A stretch of 64,000 nucleotides of DNA, taken from the NCBI GenBank assembly GCA_049999805.1, contig JBNGIO010005876.1:20776-84775 (forward strand). The letters run 5' to 3'. This DNA is from Folioceros fuciformis (Eukaryota). The notes beneath the pieces are model-generated. The model ran no database searches. It was not told the origin of the DNA and saw only the letters and a program-made list of their open reading frames with translations. The first letter of the stretch is position 1. Every line of letters starts with the position of its first letter. The translations under genes and the position numbers were made by a program. Below, piece after piece: positions 1 to 13,200 of the stretch.

Positions 1-47
1 GCCTCTCGCCCTCCGGCTCTCGCTCCCCGCTGTCTACAAACTTAATA
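1..47 (+). repeat. 3' end of the 5' LTR
   Basis: Exact match to 4937-4983, immediately followed by the PBS. Confidence 0.93.
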
Positions 48-58
48 TGGTATCAGAG
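48..58 (+). promoter_or_regulatory. Primer-binding site (initiator tRNA-Met type)
   Basis: TGGTATCAGAG directly after the LTR, the canonical plant LTR-retroelement PBS. Confidence 0.92.
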
Positions 59-822
59 TTTCTCTGGTTCTGATGTCCCTCTCTCGTTGCTAAGTATGCC
101 TCGGCGAGGCGGTTCCGTCAATCAGGGGCACGGATCGCATTTCTACAAGTGCGATAATCAGCGCCAATTTCCCAAGACGGTCCCGGCTGAAATTAACGCC
201 CTGGCATACTATCTGGCGGGAGGAACAGGTCACGATCCCTACTGGTCACAAGACCGGGAGCGTGCTAAATTACTTCGGCGATTCTACCGGCAAGACCAAA
301 TTTCTGGGAATCAGAGGAAAGGCAGGCGGCATCGGCAATCTTACACTCCTTTTGCCCCGGATTCCTTCTGCGCAGCACCTAGGGAGGTCCTTCCAGGCAA
401 TCCGTCAAATTACGTAGGCGGAGACCCTGTGCAAGGCCTTCACTGCAGCGCGGTCCCCCGCCAACTCAACTTTCCCATCCATGAGACCTGTACCTCCACA
501 GACCACAGCCATACGAGAATTCTCGTCAATGAAATGAAGCATTTGGCTGAGCAATTGACGACGAAGATCAAGGAATTCACTGATTACCTGCTGAGATTGG
601 AGATTGCTGACGGCATCCCGCAGGCATCAGTGCTTCCCGATCATCCACATTCCGCTGCCTGAGAGCCGGGAGGTGCGAAGCGCCGCGTTTGCTCCCGCGA
701 CTCTTCGGCCTGTGAGGACGGCTGGCGGAACGGCGCGTCCACGTTGCCGAAGGTGTGAGAGCGAGATCTGAAGGCCGCGCACCACCGGGTACAGAGTCGC
801 TGTCGGTTGGCGTTGCCCCTAA

Positions 823-3800
823 GCCGCAGAGAACGACAAGGTGTTTCTAGGAGATGAACAACTTGACAGCAGCCTGCAAGTTAAGGGACAAGGCAAAGTT
901 ACTTTCAGACTGAAGGACTGTTCAGATCTTACTCTTGAACGCGTTTTGTACGTACCTGACATGGCTAAAAATCTGTTGTCCATGAGCCAGCTTCTCAAGC
1001 TACGGACGATTGAAATGAGAGCCACCGGTGATACGTGCACCTTCTACAGGAAGGCAGCGCCCGACATTTCTATCTTCCAGGGTTTCCTTGAAGATGATCT
1101 GTATTGCCTTGACCTCTTACCCGTTAAGACTGCCACAGTCCACAGTACTGGATTAGCTAATATGGACACCAAACAGTTGGCTATGTTATGGCATGCGAGA
1201 CTGGGACATCCCAACAAACAGAAATTGTTGGACATGTCTGTTAAACAGTGTTTTAGGGAACCACTTCCCCGCTGTTTTAAGGACTTACCATCCTGCGAGG
1301 CATGCATAATAGCCAAACAAAAGGAGCACCCTTTTCCTTCCGCGCCTGCTTACAGAGCCACCTCTGTTCTAGGTCTGGTCCATGCGGACATCTCCGGACG
1401 GATACAAGTGCCCTCAATCGGTGGTTCCAATTACTATCTCACCTTGACGGACGACTACAGCCGATATACCTGGACGTTTCCCATGCAGAGAAAGAGTGAC
1501 GTTCTTGAAATTTTCAAGGAATGGCTCCCTGCAGTGCAACGTCAGACAGGTTTGTTATTGAAGTACCTGCGTACTGATAACGGGGGTGAATTCGTCAATG
1601 ATGCTTTTGATGCATACCTTGCTGCGGAGGGGATCCAGCGACAGTTGACTGTTCCTTATACACCCCAGCAGAACGGGGTCTCGAAGAGGAAAAACCAGTC
1701 TTTGCTCTCTATGACGCGGAGCATGTTACTCTGGTCGGGTCTACCTCAAGTGTACTGGGCAGAGGCCATCTCTGCTGCGACGTATGTTCTGAACAGAATT
1801 CTTACGAGCTCTGTCCCGAACCAGACTCCTTATGAGGCCCTCCATAAGAAGAAACCCAGCCTGCTGCACTTATGAGTTTTTGGCTCTCGTGCGTATGCTT
1901 TCATTCCTGCAAAGAAACGCCAGAAGTTAGACCCACAAGCTCAAGCCCTAGTTTTTGTGGGGTATAGTGAGCAGGCCAAGGCATATCGGCTGTATGACCC
2001 AACTACAAGGAAGATGTTCCTTGCACGCAGTGTCACCTTCATCGAACCTCACTCTCCATTGCTTGCTCAAGCTCCACAGACAGAGGGAGTTACGGCTGTC
2101 CCTGAGGAGACAGAGGGAGCTACTACGTACCCTGTGCCTGAAGACCAGGTTACCCATCACATGTATCCTCAAGACACCGAACCGGCTGTGAGACTTTTGG
2201 ATGCCGCTGTGGAGACTGACGCACTGCCTGCTGACCCTCCTGCAACGGAACCACTCGCTGCATTAGAAATTCAGGCGGCCCCGGATCCTGCAGCCCTAAA
2301 TGCCCCTTCTTCCCCTGCTCAGGCTGACGAGGACTTCCCAGTAGTAGCCGATGAGCACGACTCAGACTTCATCGCGGATGAAGACATACCTGAGGACGTC
2401 CAACTACCAATAGTCCCTCCCGTTGAGATTACCCGTGATCCTGAAGAAGTTGCTCCTCGCCGCTCAGGACGCCACCGACCACCACCTGATCAATGGGCCG
2501 AACCACGCTATCAGTCTATTGACTTTCGTCACCGGGCAGCCCCAGCTACTACTCACACTGCTCCATCAGCCATACCAGATGAGCCACGCACCTTGGTTGA
2601 GGCTTACAACGGACCTGATAGCAAGCAATGGTATGCGGCTGTTGAGGACGAGTACCAGTCATTGATTAAAAATAAAACCTGGACTCTTGTGGACTTGCCA
2701 CCTGGCCGCAAACCCATTTCATGCAAATGGGTCTTCAAACATAAATTGAATATTGAGGGCAAGATTGCCAGGTATAAGGCCCGTCTTGTGGCCCGTGGTT
2801 TTACCCAGGTGGAGGGTCTGGACTATCAGGAGACATTTTCTCCTGTTGTTCGGTCTCAATCTATTCGCATGCTACTGGCTCTAGCTGCAGAATTTGACTT
2901 GGACTTATGGCAGATGGATGTCTGCACAGCATATCTCTATGGCTCTTTAGATGAAGAACTGTACATGCAACAACCGGAAGGGTATGTTAGCAAACAGCAT
3001 CCTAAGAAGGTCCTTAAACTGCTGAAATGCATTTACGGACTTAAACAGTCTGGACGGGTTTGGTATTTCACCATTCATGTTTACCTGCTAGGCCTGTCGT
3101 TTGTCCAAAGTGCTGCAGATACAAATGTTTACAGATTGACCAGGGGCACTGCCTTCGTCATCGTTGCCTTATATGTCGATGATGTTATCCTGGTCACGAA
3201 CAGCAAAGCATTGTTAGCAGAAGTCAAGCAGATGCTCAGCGACAGATTTGAAATGAAGGACATAGGCGATCTAAAATTCTGTTTAGGGATACAGATCCTC
3301 CGCGTTCGTGAAGAAGGGCTACTCATTATCCATCAGCACAAATATATCCGTGAGATCCTGCATAAGTTTAAGATGGATCAAGCTCGCCCAGCTGTTACAC
3401 CTTCAGCTGTGGGCATCAAATTGACGCTTTCTCAATGTCCTACCACCACTGAAGCAAAACAGGATATGGCAGATGTCCCTTACAGGCATGCTGTTGGCAG
3501 TCTCTTGTTTGTGGCAAATTGGACTCGCCCCGACATACAGTATGCAGTGAGCACCGCTTCCCAATTTATGGAAAACCCTGGACGCCCTCATTGGGTCGCC
3601 GTAAAGCGAATTTTCCGTTACCTGCAGGGCACTCACACCTATGGGTTATTCTACAAACGGAGTGGTACAGGCACATTCCATCTCTCTGGTTTCACGGATG
3701 CAGACTGGGGTTCGGACAGTGATGGACGTCGCAGTTTGTCAACCTACTGTTTCTTGCTGGCCAATGCATCTGTGAGTTGGAGCTGCAAGAAACAAACGAC

Positions 3801-4173
3801 AATAGCCCTGTCCTCGACGGAGGCTGAATACAAATCTCTTACAGAAGCCTCCAAGGAGGCAGAGTGGGCTCGACAGTTTCTGGCTGATCTTGGTCATCCT
3901 CAACTTTCTCCCACTCCTATCCTCTGCGACAATACTGGTGCTCTTGACCTTGTTGCCAATCCCCGGTATCATGCTCGCACGAAGCATATCGAAATACAAC
4001 ACCATTATATCCGAGATGTATCTGCACGTGGCGTGGTGAGGGTTGGTTATGTCGATACCGAGCTGAACACTGCCGACATCTTCACCAAGCCGCTCCCTAA
4101 GCTCAAGCACTATACACACATGACGGGACTCGGCCTGCAGGATTACTCTGCCTACTTCGACTCAGTGTCATGA
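823..4173 (+). pseudogene. Copia pol: protease C-terminal part, GAG-pre-integrase, integrase, RT and RNase H; one in-frame stop
   Basis: LWHARLGH..CEAC zinc finger, VHAD..LRTDNGGEF integrase core, ARLVARGF and YVDD RT motifs, FTDADW..ADIFTK RNase H. ORFs 841-1875 and 1957-4173 share a frame and are split by TGA at 1873-1875 (LHL*VFGS). Confidence 0.93.
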
Positions 4174-4790
4174 CTCTAGCTACCGCAGCTGGATCTGAAC
4201 GCTTATCTGGGGGGGGGGGGGGGGGGGGGAACCTAAGTTCCCTTGTTGCTGCTCCTCTCCAGGCACCGTCTCCTGCAGTCCATATCTACAGTCCGTCAGT
4301 GTCCTTTTTTTTTTTGTCATGCTGTTGCAGGTGGATGAAGCTTCATATACCTGATCTAATCACTCTGCTCCAGCTTCTACAGTACTCCCTTCCATCCCTC
4401 TGGTGGCCGGCACAAATTCCATGGGCAAGGGGACCTTGGCAGCCATCTACAGCAGTTCGCGGGCGTGCTCCGTGCTGGTGTCTTCAGGCCACTTGAGGAC
4501 TTCTTCGGCACGCCTAACTCTGGCTATGGCGATCTCCATCGACCACTTGCCCTCCCAACCAACAAATTTGATCAGCTGTTCCACCCTCAATGGCGTCCAG
4601 CTCTGATGCTCCTGTCTTCCATCTGCTAGAGCAACGAGGAGAGCCGCCACAGTGAGGGTTTCCGTCGTGGATTTGCCCATCTTGGGCGCCTGGAGCTCGA
4701 CAGTGCTGGGCGATGGCGCTTCCGTTTCTCCACAGAACGGAACGTATCGACGTTCCCCTCTATGCCGTAATCCGTTGACGCCGTTAGGTT

Positions 4791-4799
4791 AAGAGGGAG
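4791..4799 (+). promoter_or_regulatory. Polypurine tract
   Basis: AAGAGGGAG immediately before the TGTT start of the 3' LTR. Confidence 0.8.
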
Positions 4800-4983
4800 T
4801 GTTGAAAGGGATAACCCTACACTGGTCAACTAACCGACTAGGTTAGGGTTCGGTGGATAGTACTTCGAAACTATATTTAAAGACCCTTTTTTGTTCTTTA
4901 TCAACACTTAATCATTTGGATAGTTTGTATGCTAATGCCTCTCGCCCTCCGGCTCTCGCTCCCCGCTGTCTACAAACTTAATA
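4800..4983 (+). repeat. 3' LTR (184 bp, TG...TA termini)
   Basis: Starts TGTTG after the PPT, contains TATA-like TATATTTAAA, and ends with the 47 bp shared with the 5' LTR. Confidence 0.88.
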
Positions 4984-6295
4984 GGTGTCAGTTTTAAAAG
5001 TTTATGTAGTGTTTTCATGTAGTCTTTAGTTTTGTCTTCTTCTACAGATAAGAAAAGTGTTTGAACTTTGTAGCTTCTAAGCATGGTTTTTTCTTTCACA
5101 CATATTTTTCCTGGGTGGGTTTTTTTGCTTTTTCAACTTAGTTACTGCTTTTAAGCACAGCTTTTTCCTTTTAATATGTTTTTCCTATATGATGGTTTTT
5201 TTGTGTTTTCTTATTGTTTATTAATGTCGCTTAGAAAACTCTTTTCTATAGTTTATGGGGCCCTTAGGACCTTAGCGGATATCTATGCTTGTCTGCGATA
5301 TTATTCTTTACATCATAGGTCTTGTGACAAGATCTTGTAATTGTGAAGAACAACACAAATCCAACAGCAAACATGTAAAATATACCTAGTTCTCTTGTCA
5401 TTTAGCGCATGGCCTCTACCACCTATGTCATTGCCTCTAACACCTGGTGTTGTTGATTGACTTCGTGATGGATTTTGTGAAAAGTTACATTAGGCATTTT
5501 GTAAAAAGGGCACACATAAAGATCAACAGCACGAAATTTAAACCCAGAAACCAATATTAAAACACTAACTCAACCCATGACAAACTTTTCAGTGAATGAA
5601 TTCTAGTATTTAAACCCTAACTCAATCCATTACATACTTTTCACTAAATGCGTTCTAACTATTTTCCACTTTGCAACAAACAAGGCTCTCCAAATAGGTT
5701 AGGTTTCTATTGTGTTTATTGAACGTACTTTGGTAATCCCAAAATTTTGTCTCACAATTGCTGAACGTAATGCTTGAGACCCTCTACTAGAATTGTTTAG
5801 CAATAGATACCCGATGGAGAAAAAAAAAAGAACTATCACAGATGGTTCAAGTGGATTGATCTTACAATACTCTTTCTCGATCATGTCATATACAAGTCTC
5901 TCAAATATTTGGGAAACGAGCTATGGACATTGAAGGAGAGTATATCACTAAGCTGCTTAGCATACTTCCTGCAGTTTAGCAAAGACATTTCAGATTAATC
6001 ACGCCCCACTCTGCAAGTCCATTTCAAACAATTGTTTGTGGTGATACATCAAGTCAAAATACCCTTTATTGTAGATCGTTCTTTTCGTACAACGATTTTT
6101 CAGATTCAAAGAATGGGACGAGAGTTGCTTGGAAAAATGTCCTTGTCAAAAATGAATTCCGCAGTTCATGTTGTGGAGGCTACATACGAATGACTTCCAA
6201 GCGAACCTTGAAATGGTCCTCGGGCAAGTCCATGACTTGGTTACCAAGGATCACTCAAGATAGACCATGGGAGGCCTTCAGTATGTGTAGTTCTT

Positions 6296-7635
6296 TTATG
6301 CCCAGATTGCAAGTAGAGACATAGCACATACTCCAATAAGTAATGAAACATAAGACGAGATTTGCAGTTGACGATTACACCGCATTCTCTTGCTTAAGAA
6401 GTCTGCTGCTATAAGATCTACCAAAGCCATGTAGATTAATATTCCTGCAGATATGCTGTCAAATACTCCTTCCACTATCAGAGATGTTGGACTATTCGGA
6501 ACGTAGCTTGAAGATATCAGGAATCCAATGCCCACTCCAATGGGGGTGGTGACGGTAAAAAAGAATGCCATACAGGCGGCAGAAAAGTTCCTGAACTCTG
6601 CCTGCATAAAACACAGCTAATTTCAGTAATTGACTTGGTCGGGGGGCAGAAAGCATGTCAGACATCCTAGCCATGAACAGAAACCCACCTGAGAAATGCA
6701 ACCACCAAGGGCAAAACCTTCAAAAAACTGATGGAAAGTGAGCGCCGCGATGAGTGGGCGAATTGTACAGGGGCTTCGGGATACTCCTAAGGAAACCCCA
6801 ATAATTATCGAATGGGCCAGAATTCCTACCTCCAGCACCTGGAACCAACATGAACATTTTCAGAGTTAGACATGATCAAGGTGAAAACTCCCATGGGTTA
6901 CCCGGCCAAGGAACACATTCCCACCTGAGAAATGACAACATGCCGAACGTGCTGCAACCCTTCTTCTGGAGGCTCTGTATCATGGGAATGGCCAAGATGG
7001 CCGTGTACATGCTCATGAGTGATGTCTATGCATTCATGGTGTCCTTCAGGATGGCTATGGCTGTGCGCAGCTACATGAGCACGCATCCCCACGATGTGTA
7101 TCTGAGAGCCTCCCTCATGTGCACCACTTTCTTGGGTCTTGTTGCTCTTGGGGGAGGACAAATCTAACACACTAACTCCTTCGAAAGGTACGTAACCTTC
7201 CGACTCTGGCGCCCCATCTTGCTCTCCATGAGAGTGCTTCCTCTCGTAAAACTGAGTGGCCAGAAAGTCCACAATCAATGTCAAGAGAGCAGCAAGCATG
7301 GCAATAAACCCTGCAAACGGGAATTTGCTCCAAGGATAGCTCGGCAAGCAATCGCTGGTCAAAGCCTGGGTAGCATCTGGCATCATGTGCACGAAGCCGG
7401 TGGCCAATATAACCCCGGCAGCAAATGCCTTGGCAATGAAAAAGAAGTTTCCATCAGTCTTGAGGTGCTTCACATTCTTTCCGAGCAGCGGTATCGCAAC
7501 TCCCAGAGCCCCCAAAGCGAAGATTGAAACGATGGCAGCAAGTTTGAGAGTTTTAGCCCCTTCACTGTCTCTGCACGTCGAATCTTGCGCTTCTGCGCAA
7601 GTCATGACCAGCCTCTGTACCTCTAGGATGTTCAT
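6296..7635 (-). CDS. ZIP-family Zn/Fe transporter (ZIP4/IRT3-like); exons ~7635-6925, 6838-6689, 6601-6296
   Basis: [16 protein letters not shown], His-rich loop, [36 protein letters not shown] end; phase-0 GT-AG introns. Start codon is tentative. Confidence 0.93.
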
Positions 7636-8559
7636 CCAGGCAAAGTCCAATTCTTCAAAATCAGTGGTGGACTAGGCGGGGGGATAGATTGTCTCTCTGG
7701 CCGGGCCTGCTCAACCGGAGTTGCAAATTGACGCAGCACCCCAGCTTGAAGAAACCCTGATTAAAATCCACAGTAATCGCCCGACACCGAAATTTCACTG
7801 CCACACTTATACGCCTCTGCTTCACGGAATCTGCTGCACACCCGAATTCGCCAGCATACTACGGTGCTCCCCTCGGTTCTCAAAGTCCTAGGGTTGGCAC
7901 GTACAGTGCAGGAAGCTAAGCCCTGCAACAACCTCCAAGTCACCTGCGTTTCCCGAGGGAAACGATCGAACAAGCGGTCCACTAGGACTGTCTTATCTAT
8001 CGAGATCCTCGCAATGCTTGCTGGAACCAGAACGGGCCCTCAAGAGAAAATTACGAACTTCTCCGTGATCTACGCTTCGCGTTCCCTCTCCCTTTCATGG
8101 TTTCGTATCAAACCGGAAAAGGAAGCATTTGTTTTCTTTTCACTATCTCAGATTTGTATCCTACATGCAAGGACATACCTACTAAATCTCATGGCCTTGA
8201 TCAATTATTTGAGGTTCCCTCTGTCCAAGAATGCATCTCTTGCACGCTTAATATAGAATTTCTATAAGAATGGAGTTACTTCATGCAAAACTTCATAAGG
8301 AATGGGTTGTGGTTAACGTCAATACTCAAAGAGAAGCTCTGATAGCCATTACCACTTCGAGAGAGATTGAGGAGTGTCCACTCTTCTTGATATTAGTAGT
8401 TGTGCAGGTGTGACAACCACTCGTGCTTAGAAAGATTGGTTGTGTAGATTGTTCTTAAGATTAGGATCTACCTATATGAGCTTAGGCTAGAGGATAGGCA
8501 AGAACTAGAACATCTAAGTACCTCATCTTATGTAGCCAAAAAGTAGTAACAAACAACCT

Positions 8560-9110
8560 CAAAACTCATCTATAAAGCAGTAACAGATAACCTCAAAACT
8601 CATCAACCTACTCTACAAAGAGTCCAACACATAATCTACTTTACAACGAGTTCAGGGCACACAATCTACTCTACTAAGTCAAGGGCACAATCTATTCTAC
8701 AAGAGTCCAGCACATAATCTACTCTACAAGAATCTAATGCATAATCTACTCTATAGGAGTCTAACACACAATCTGTTGTATTAGAATCCTATGCACAATT
8801 CTCAACTCCATCTATTCTCACACCACAACACAAAGCACAAGGGTCTAATGCAAAACTCTCAATGTCCTTGACTCTCACAACATAGCTTTAGGCTTAAGTA
8901 GCCCACCGTCTCATAACAACTTGTAGGAATCCAGCGAGGACTTGTGAACTCCCTCCACTCTCACACCACAACATTAGACACAAGAGTCCAATGCACAACT
9001 CTCAATATCCTCACTCTTACAATATAGCAATAGGTTGGAGTAGACCATCACTCTTACAAAGTAGAGTTAGGCTAGAGTAGCCCACCATCCAATGACAACT
9101 TGTAGTCCGT
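8560..9110. repeat. Degenerate tandem repeats (~27-bp AATCTACTCTACAAGAGTCCA-type units, then a longer duplicated block)
   Basis: Recurring aatctactct/acaagagtcca units at 8600-8780 and a repeated ctcacaccacaaca...actctcaat...gtagcccacc block. Confidence 0.65.
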
Positions 9111-9234
9111 GATGCTCACAATACAATAGTGTGCTAGACTCCAAGTGATTCATTGTCAACTTGTGATCCACTGTGTTGCTATTTATTTTAAATATACAAA
9201 GCCTTCATTGTGCTCTAACCATTGGATGCTAAGC

Positions 9235-9940
9235 ACTCTAACCCTTGGATGGATATCGCTCTCTGGCTCTGGGATAGGATGTTCTAGCCTTGGATGGACT
9301 AATGCTTGGATGGATGTTGGGCTCTAGCCTTGAATGGACTAACCCTTAGATGGATGTTGGGCTCTAGCTTTGGATGGACTAACGCTTGGATGGATGTTGG
9401 GCTCTAGACTTGAATAGACTAGCCCTTGGATGAATGTGGGGCTCTAGCCTTGAATGGACTAATTCTCTGTTGGGCTCTAGACTTGAATAGACTAGCCCTT
9501 GGATGAATGTGGGGCTCTAGCCTTGAATGGACTAATTCTCGATGGATGTCGGGCTCGGCTCTAACCTTGGATGGATGTAGGACTCTAGCCTTGGATGGAC
9601 TAACCCTTGGATGGATGTCGGGCTGTAGCCCTTGGACAGATACCTTCTAGGTAATCTTGAGTTTGCCCTCTATTCCATACTGGATATTTGTCCTCTAGCC
9701 CATATATGCTCTAGCCAATCCTTGGATGTGTGCCCTCTAGCCCTTGGATGTGTGCCCTACAGCCCTTGGATGCGTGCCCTACAGCCCTTGGATGCGTGCC
9801 CTATAGCCCTTGGATGCGTGCCCTATAGCCCTTGGATGTGTGCCCTCCAGCCCTTGGATGCCCTCCAGCCCTTNNNNNNNNNNAGCCCTTGGATGTGTGC
9901 CCTCCAGCCCTTGGATGCCCTCCAGCCCTTGGATGTTCGG
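9235..9940. repeat. Minisatellite array built on a CCTTGGATG core (~40-bp units grading into ~21-bp units); contains an assembly gap at 9874-9883
   Basis: Many copies of gcccttggatg(t/c)gtgccct and ctagccttg(g/a)atggactaa. Confidence 0.9.
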
Positions 9941-10241
9941 TAGCTCTCCGAGGAGTTCTACATGATACATGCAACACATGCATCTCCAACAAGACAGCCA
10001 TTCTCGTCGGAGTTCCACATACAGCGCGCACTACGTACGCCTTCGTAAAGAGGCAGCCAATCTTTAACAATCTCTTGAAAGCTTTGCAGGAGCATGTTCA
10101 TCGAGGAGCAAAGCATGCGTACATTGAACAAGGCAACTACCTAGTTTCAGGTTGATCTTTCGCCTAAATTCGTTTGTACCGTTACTTTCCTACTACATTT
10201 CATGGCCTTGATGCAACAGTTCCTCAAATCACCAGAACATG

Positions 10242-13200
10242 TTACGCTAAGCCAATTTGTTCGGATTGTCTCGAATCCAGTACGGCAAAAGTATGCACCA
10301 ATCCGTCCATGTCGGTCCACAAGCTCTGTCCTGGCGGCTTCCATGCCCTTTTCGTTTTCCTCCAGGCATGCATCTGCTTTGCCTGATCGCACATATTTGC
10401 ACCCATATATATATTTGACATCAACACATAAGCTGCCGCATCTTTCTCATCGATCTTCACAGCTTCTTGGAAAGCATGGCATGCCACCTCGACGTTGCTC
10501 CACTTTCGACAAGCACCCAACATAGCGTGCCAAATTGCAGCACTAGGCGGGACAGACATTGTCCTTACCAACGACAGCGCCTCATCTAGTCGTCCAGCCC
10601 GACCCAGAAGATCCACCATGCACGTGTAGTGCTCCACCGTGGGCACGATGCCGTGGTCTTTTCTCATGGAGTCAAAGTACTCTCTCCCCAGCTTCAATAG
10701 ACCCGCATGACTGCATACTGTTAGTACACTGAGGAGAGTGATGCCCACCGGCTGTATGCCGTCCTCCCTCATTCTCTTGACCAAATCAAAGACCGCTTGA
10801 CTATCTCCTTGACAGGCGTACCCTGCAATCAGTGCACTCCAGGTTACAACATCTTGTTTGGGCAACAAGTCAAACACCTGCTGCGCGTCAACCACGCTCC
10901 CGGCTTTTCCATACATGTGTATCAAACTTCCGGCCACAAACAAATCAGATTGAAGGTCCGCTTCTTCAATCTGCGCGTGCAGCTGCCTCCCCAAGCTCAA
11001 AGCTGCGACGTCTGCTATGACCTGCAGAAGGCAGACAAACGTCACGGCGTCAGGTGCAGCATGTCCTTCTTTTTGCATAGTATCGTAAAGATGAAGCGCT
11101 TCCTGGCCCATCCCCTGTTGCGAATACCCTGATAGAAGGGCATTCCACGTCACCACATTTTTTTCACCGAGTCCGTCAAATACTTGCTGAGCGTCCTCTA
11201 GGTTGCCACACTTCGCATACATGTTCACCAAGCTGCTGGCCACAAAGACATCAGCTTGATACCCTTGCTCTCTAATTTGCACATGAAGCTTCTTTCCCGT
11301 CTCCAAAGCTGGGGCACCCACACTTGCACAAGCTTGCAGGACGCTCACAAATGTCATAGAATTGGGTGCAATGCCTTCTTCTCGCATAGCAGCAAAGAGA
11401 TCAAGAGCGTCCTGCCCCATGTCCTGCCGTGAATACCCTGCTATCATGGCAGTCCATGTCAACACATCTTTTTGATCAAGCCCGTCAAACACATTGCGGG
11501 CATCCTCCAGGCTGCCACATTTTGCATACATGTTCACCAAACCGTTAGCTACAAACACATCAGCCTGATTTCCTCTTTCTGTAATTTGTGTGTGAAGCTG
11601 TTTCCCCGTCTCCAAGGCTGGGATACCCACACTAGCACAAGCCTGTAGGAGGCACACAAAGGTCACGGGATTGGGTATAGGGGTAAGTAGTTCTTTCATA
11701 TCACTGTAAAGTTGGAGAGCTTCATTCCCCATGCTCTTCTGGGAGTACCCTGCAATCATTGCATTCCACGCCACTACATCTTTTTTATCAAGTCTGTCAA
11801 ACACTCTGTGAGCATCCTCCATGCTGCCACATTTCGCGTACATGTTTACCAAGCTGTTGGCAGCAAACACATCAGTTTCATGGCCTCGTTCTCTAATTTG
11901 AGCATGAAGCTCCAACCCCTTCTCCAAAGCTTGGCTCCCCACACTGGCACATGCCTGCAGGAGGCACACAAATGTTACCGAATCTGGTACGGAAATGCCA
12001 AGTTCTAGCATGTCACTGTAGAGTTGAAGCGCTTTCCACCCCATACCTTGCTGGGAATAGCCTGCTATTAGAGCAGTCCACGTCACCACATCTTTTTTAC
12101 TAAGTCTATCAAACACTATCTGAGCATCCTCCAGGCTGCCACACTTTGCATACATATTTACCAAACTGCTGGATACAAACACATCAGCTTCATGTCCTTG
12201 CTCTCTGATCTGTGAGTGAAGCTGCTTCCCCCTCTCTAATGCTGCGGCTCCCACACTTGCACATGCGTGGAGCAGGCATGCAAAAGTCACTGAATTGGGT
12301 ACAGCAACGCCCTCGTCTTGCATGGCACTGTAAAGACAAAGGGCTTCCTGACCCTTGCCCTGCTGCGAATACCCTGCAATTAAAGCAGTCCAGGTTCCTA
12401 TATCCTTTTGAGAAAGCCTATCAAACACTCCTTGAGCATCTTCTAAGCTACCACACTTGGAATACATGTTCACCACGCTGTTTGCAACAAGCGCATCTGC
12501 TTCATGTCCACGCTCTCTAATTTGCACATGGAGACGCCTCCCCGTGTCCAAGGCAACGGTGCCTAAACTTGCACAGGCCTGCATGAGGCAGACAAATGTT
12601 ACAGAATCGGGAACAGTGCTGCCTTCTTCCTCCATTACACTGTAGAGAGCAAGGGCTTCCTGCCCCTTGCCCTGCTGAGAACAACCAGCTATCATGGCAT
12701 TCCATGTCACCACATCCTTTTCACCAAGTTCACAAAAAACACTATGGGCATTCTCCAGGCTTCCACACTTTGCATACATGTTCACCAAACTGCTTGAGAC
12801 AAACACATCCGCCTGGTGTCCTCGTTGTCTGATTTGTGCATGAAGTTGCTTGCCCTGCTCCAAAGCTGGAGGACCCACAATTGCACATGCCTGCAGGAGG
12901 CACAAAAATGTCACGGAATCAGGTGCAACATTTCGGTCGTGTTGCATAGCTCCGTAGAGATGAAGGGCTTCCTGGCCCATGCCCTGCTGGGTATAACCTG
13001 CTAGCATGGCATTCCAGGTCACAACATTCTTTGCCTCCAGTCCACGAAATACTTTCTCCGCATCCTCTAAGCTGCCACACTTGGCATACATGTCCACCAG
13101 GCAACTAGTAACAAACAAATCAGGCTCAAGGCCACGAGCCAACACATGAGCATGCACCTGCTGTCCAGTATTCAAGTCTAATCCCCTTGCGCAAGCTTGA

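Larger units (their letters stand above)
1..4983 (+). mobile_element. Ty1/copia LTR retrotransposon, defective; 5' LTR extends beyond the window start
   Basis: Positions 1-47 are identical to 4937-4983 (LTR ends). PBS TGGTATCAGAG at 48-58, polypurine tract before 4800, and copia domain order integrase-RT-RNase H. Confidence 0.95.

Noticed and set aside
5610-5621. Isolated AAACCCTA telomere-like motifs (also near 14835, 22305, 62405)
   Set aside because: Single copies only; common telo-box or chance matches, not an interstitial telomere.
9235-9940. CRISPR-like appearance and ORFs within the CCTTGGATG array
   Set aside because: No unique spacers or cas genes, eukaryotic context, and the ORFs are translations of the repeat.
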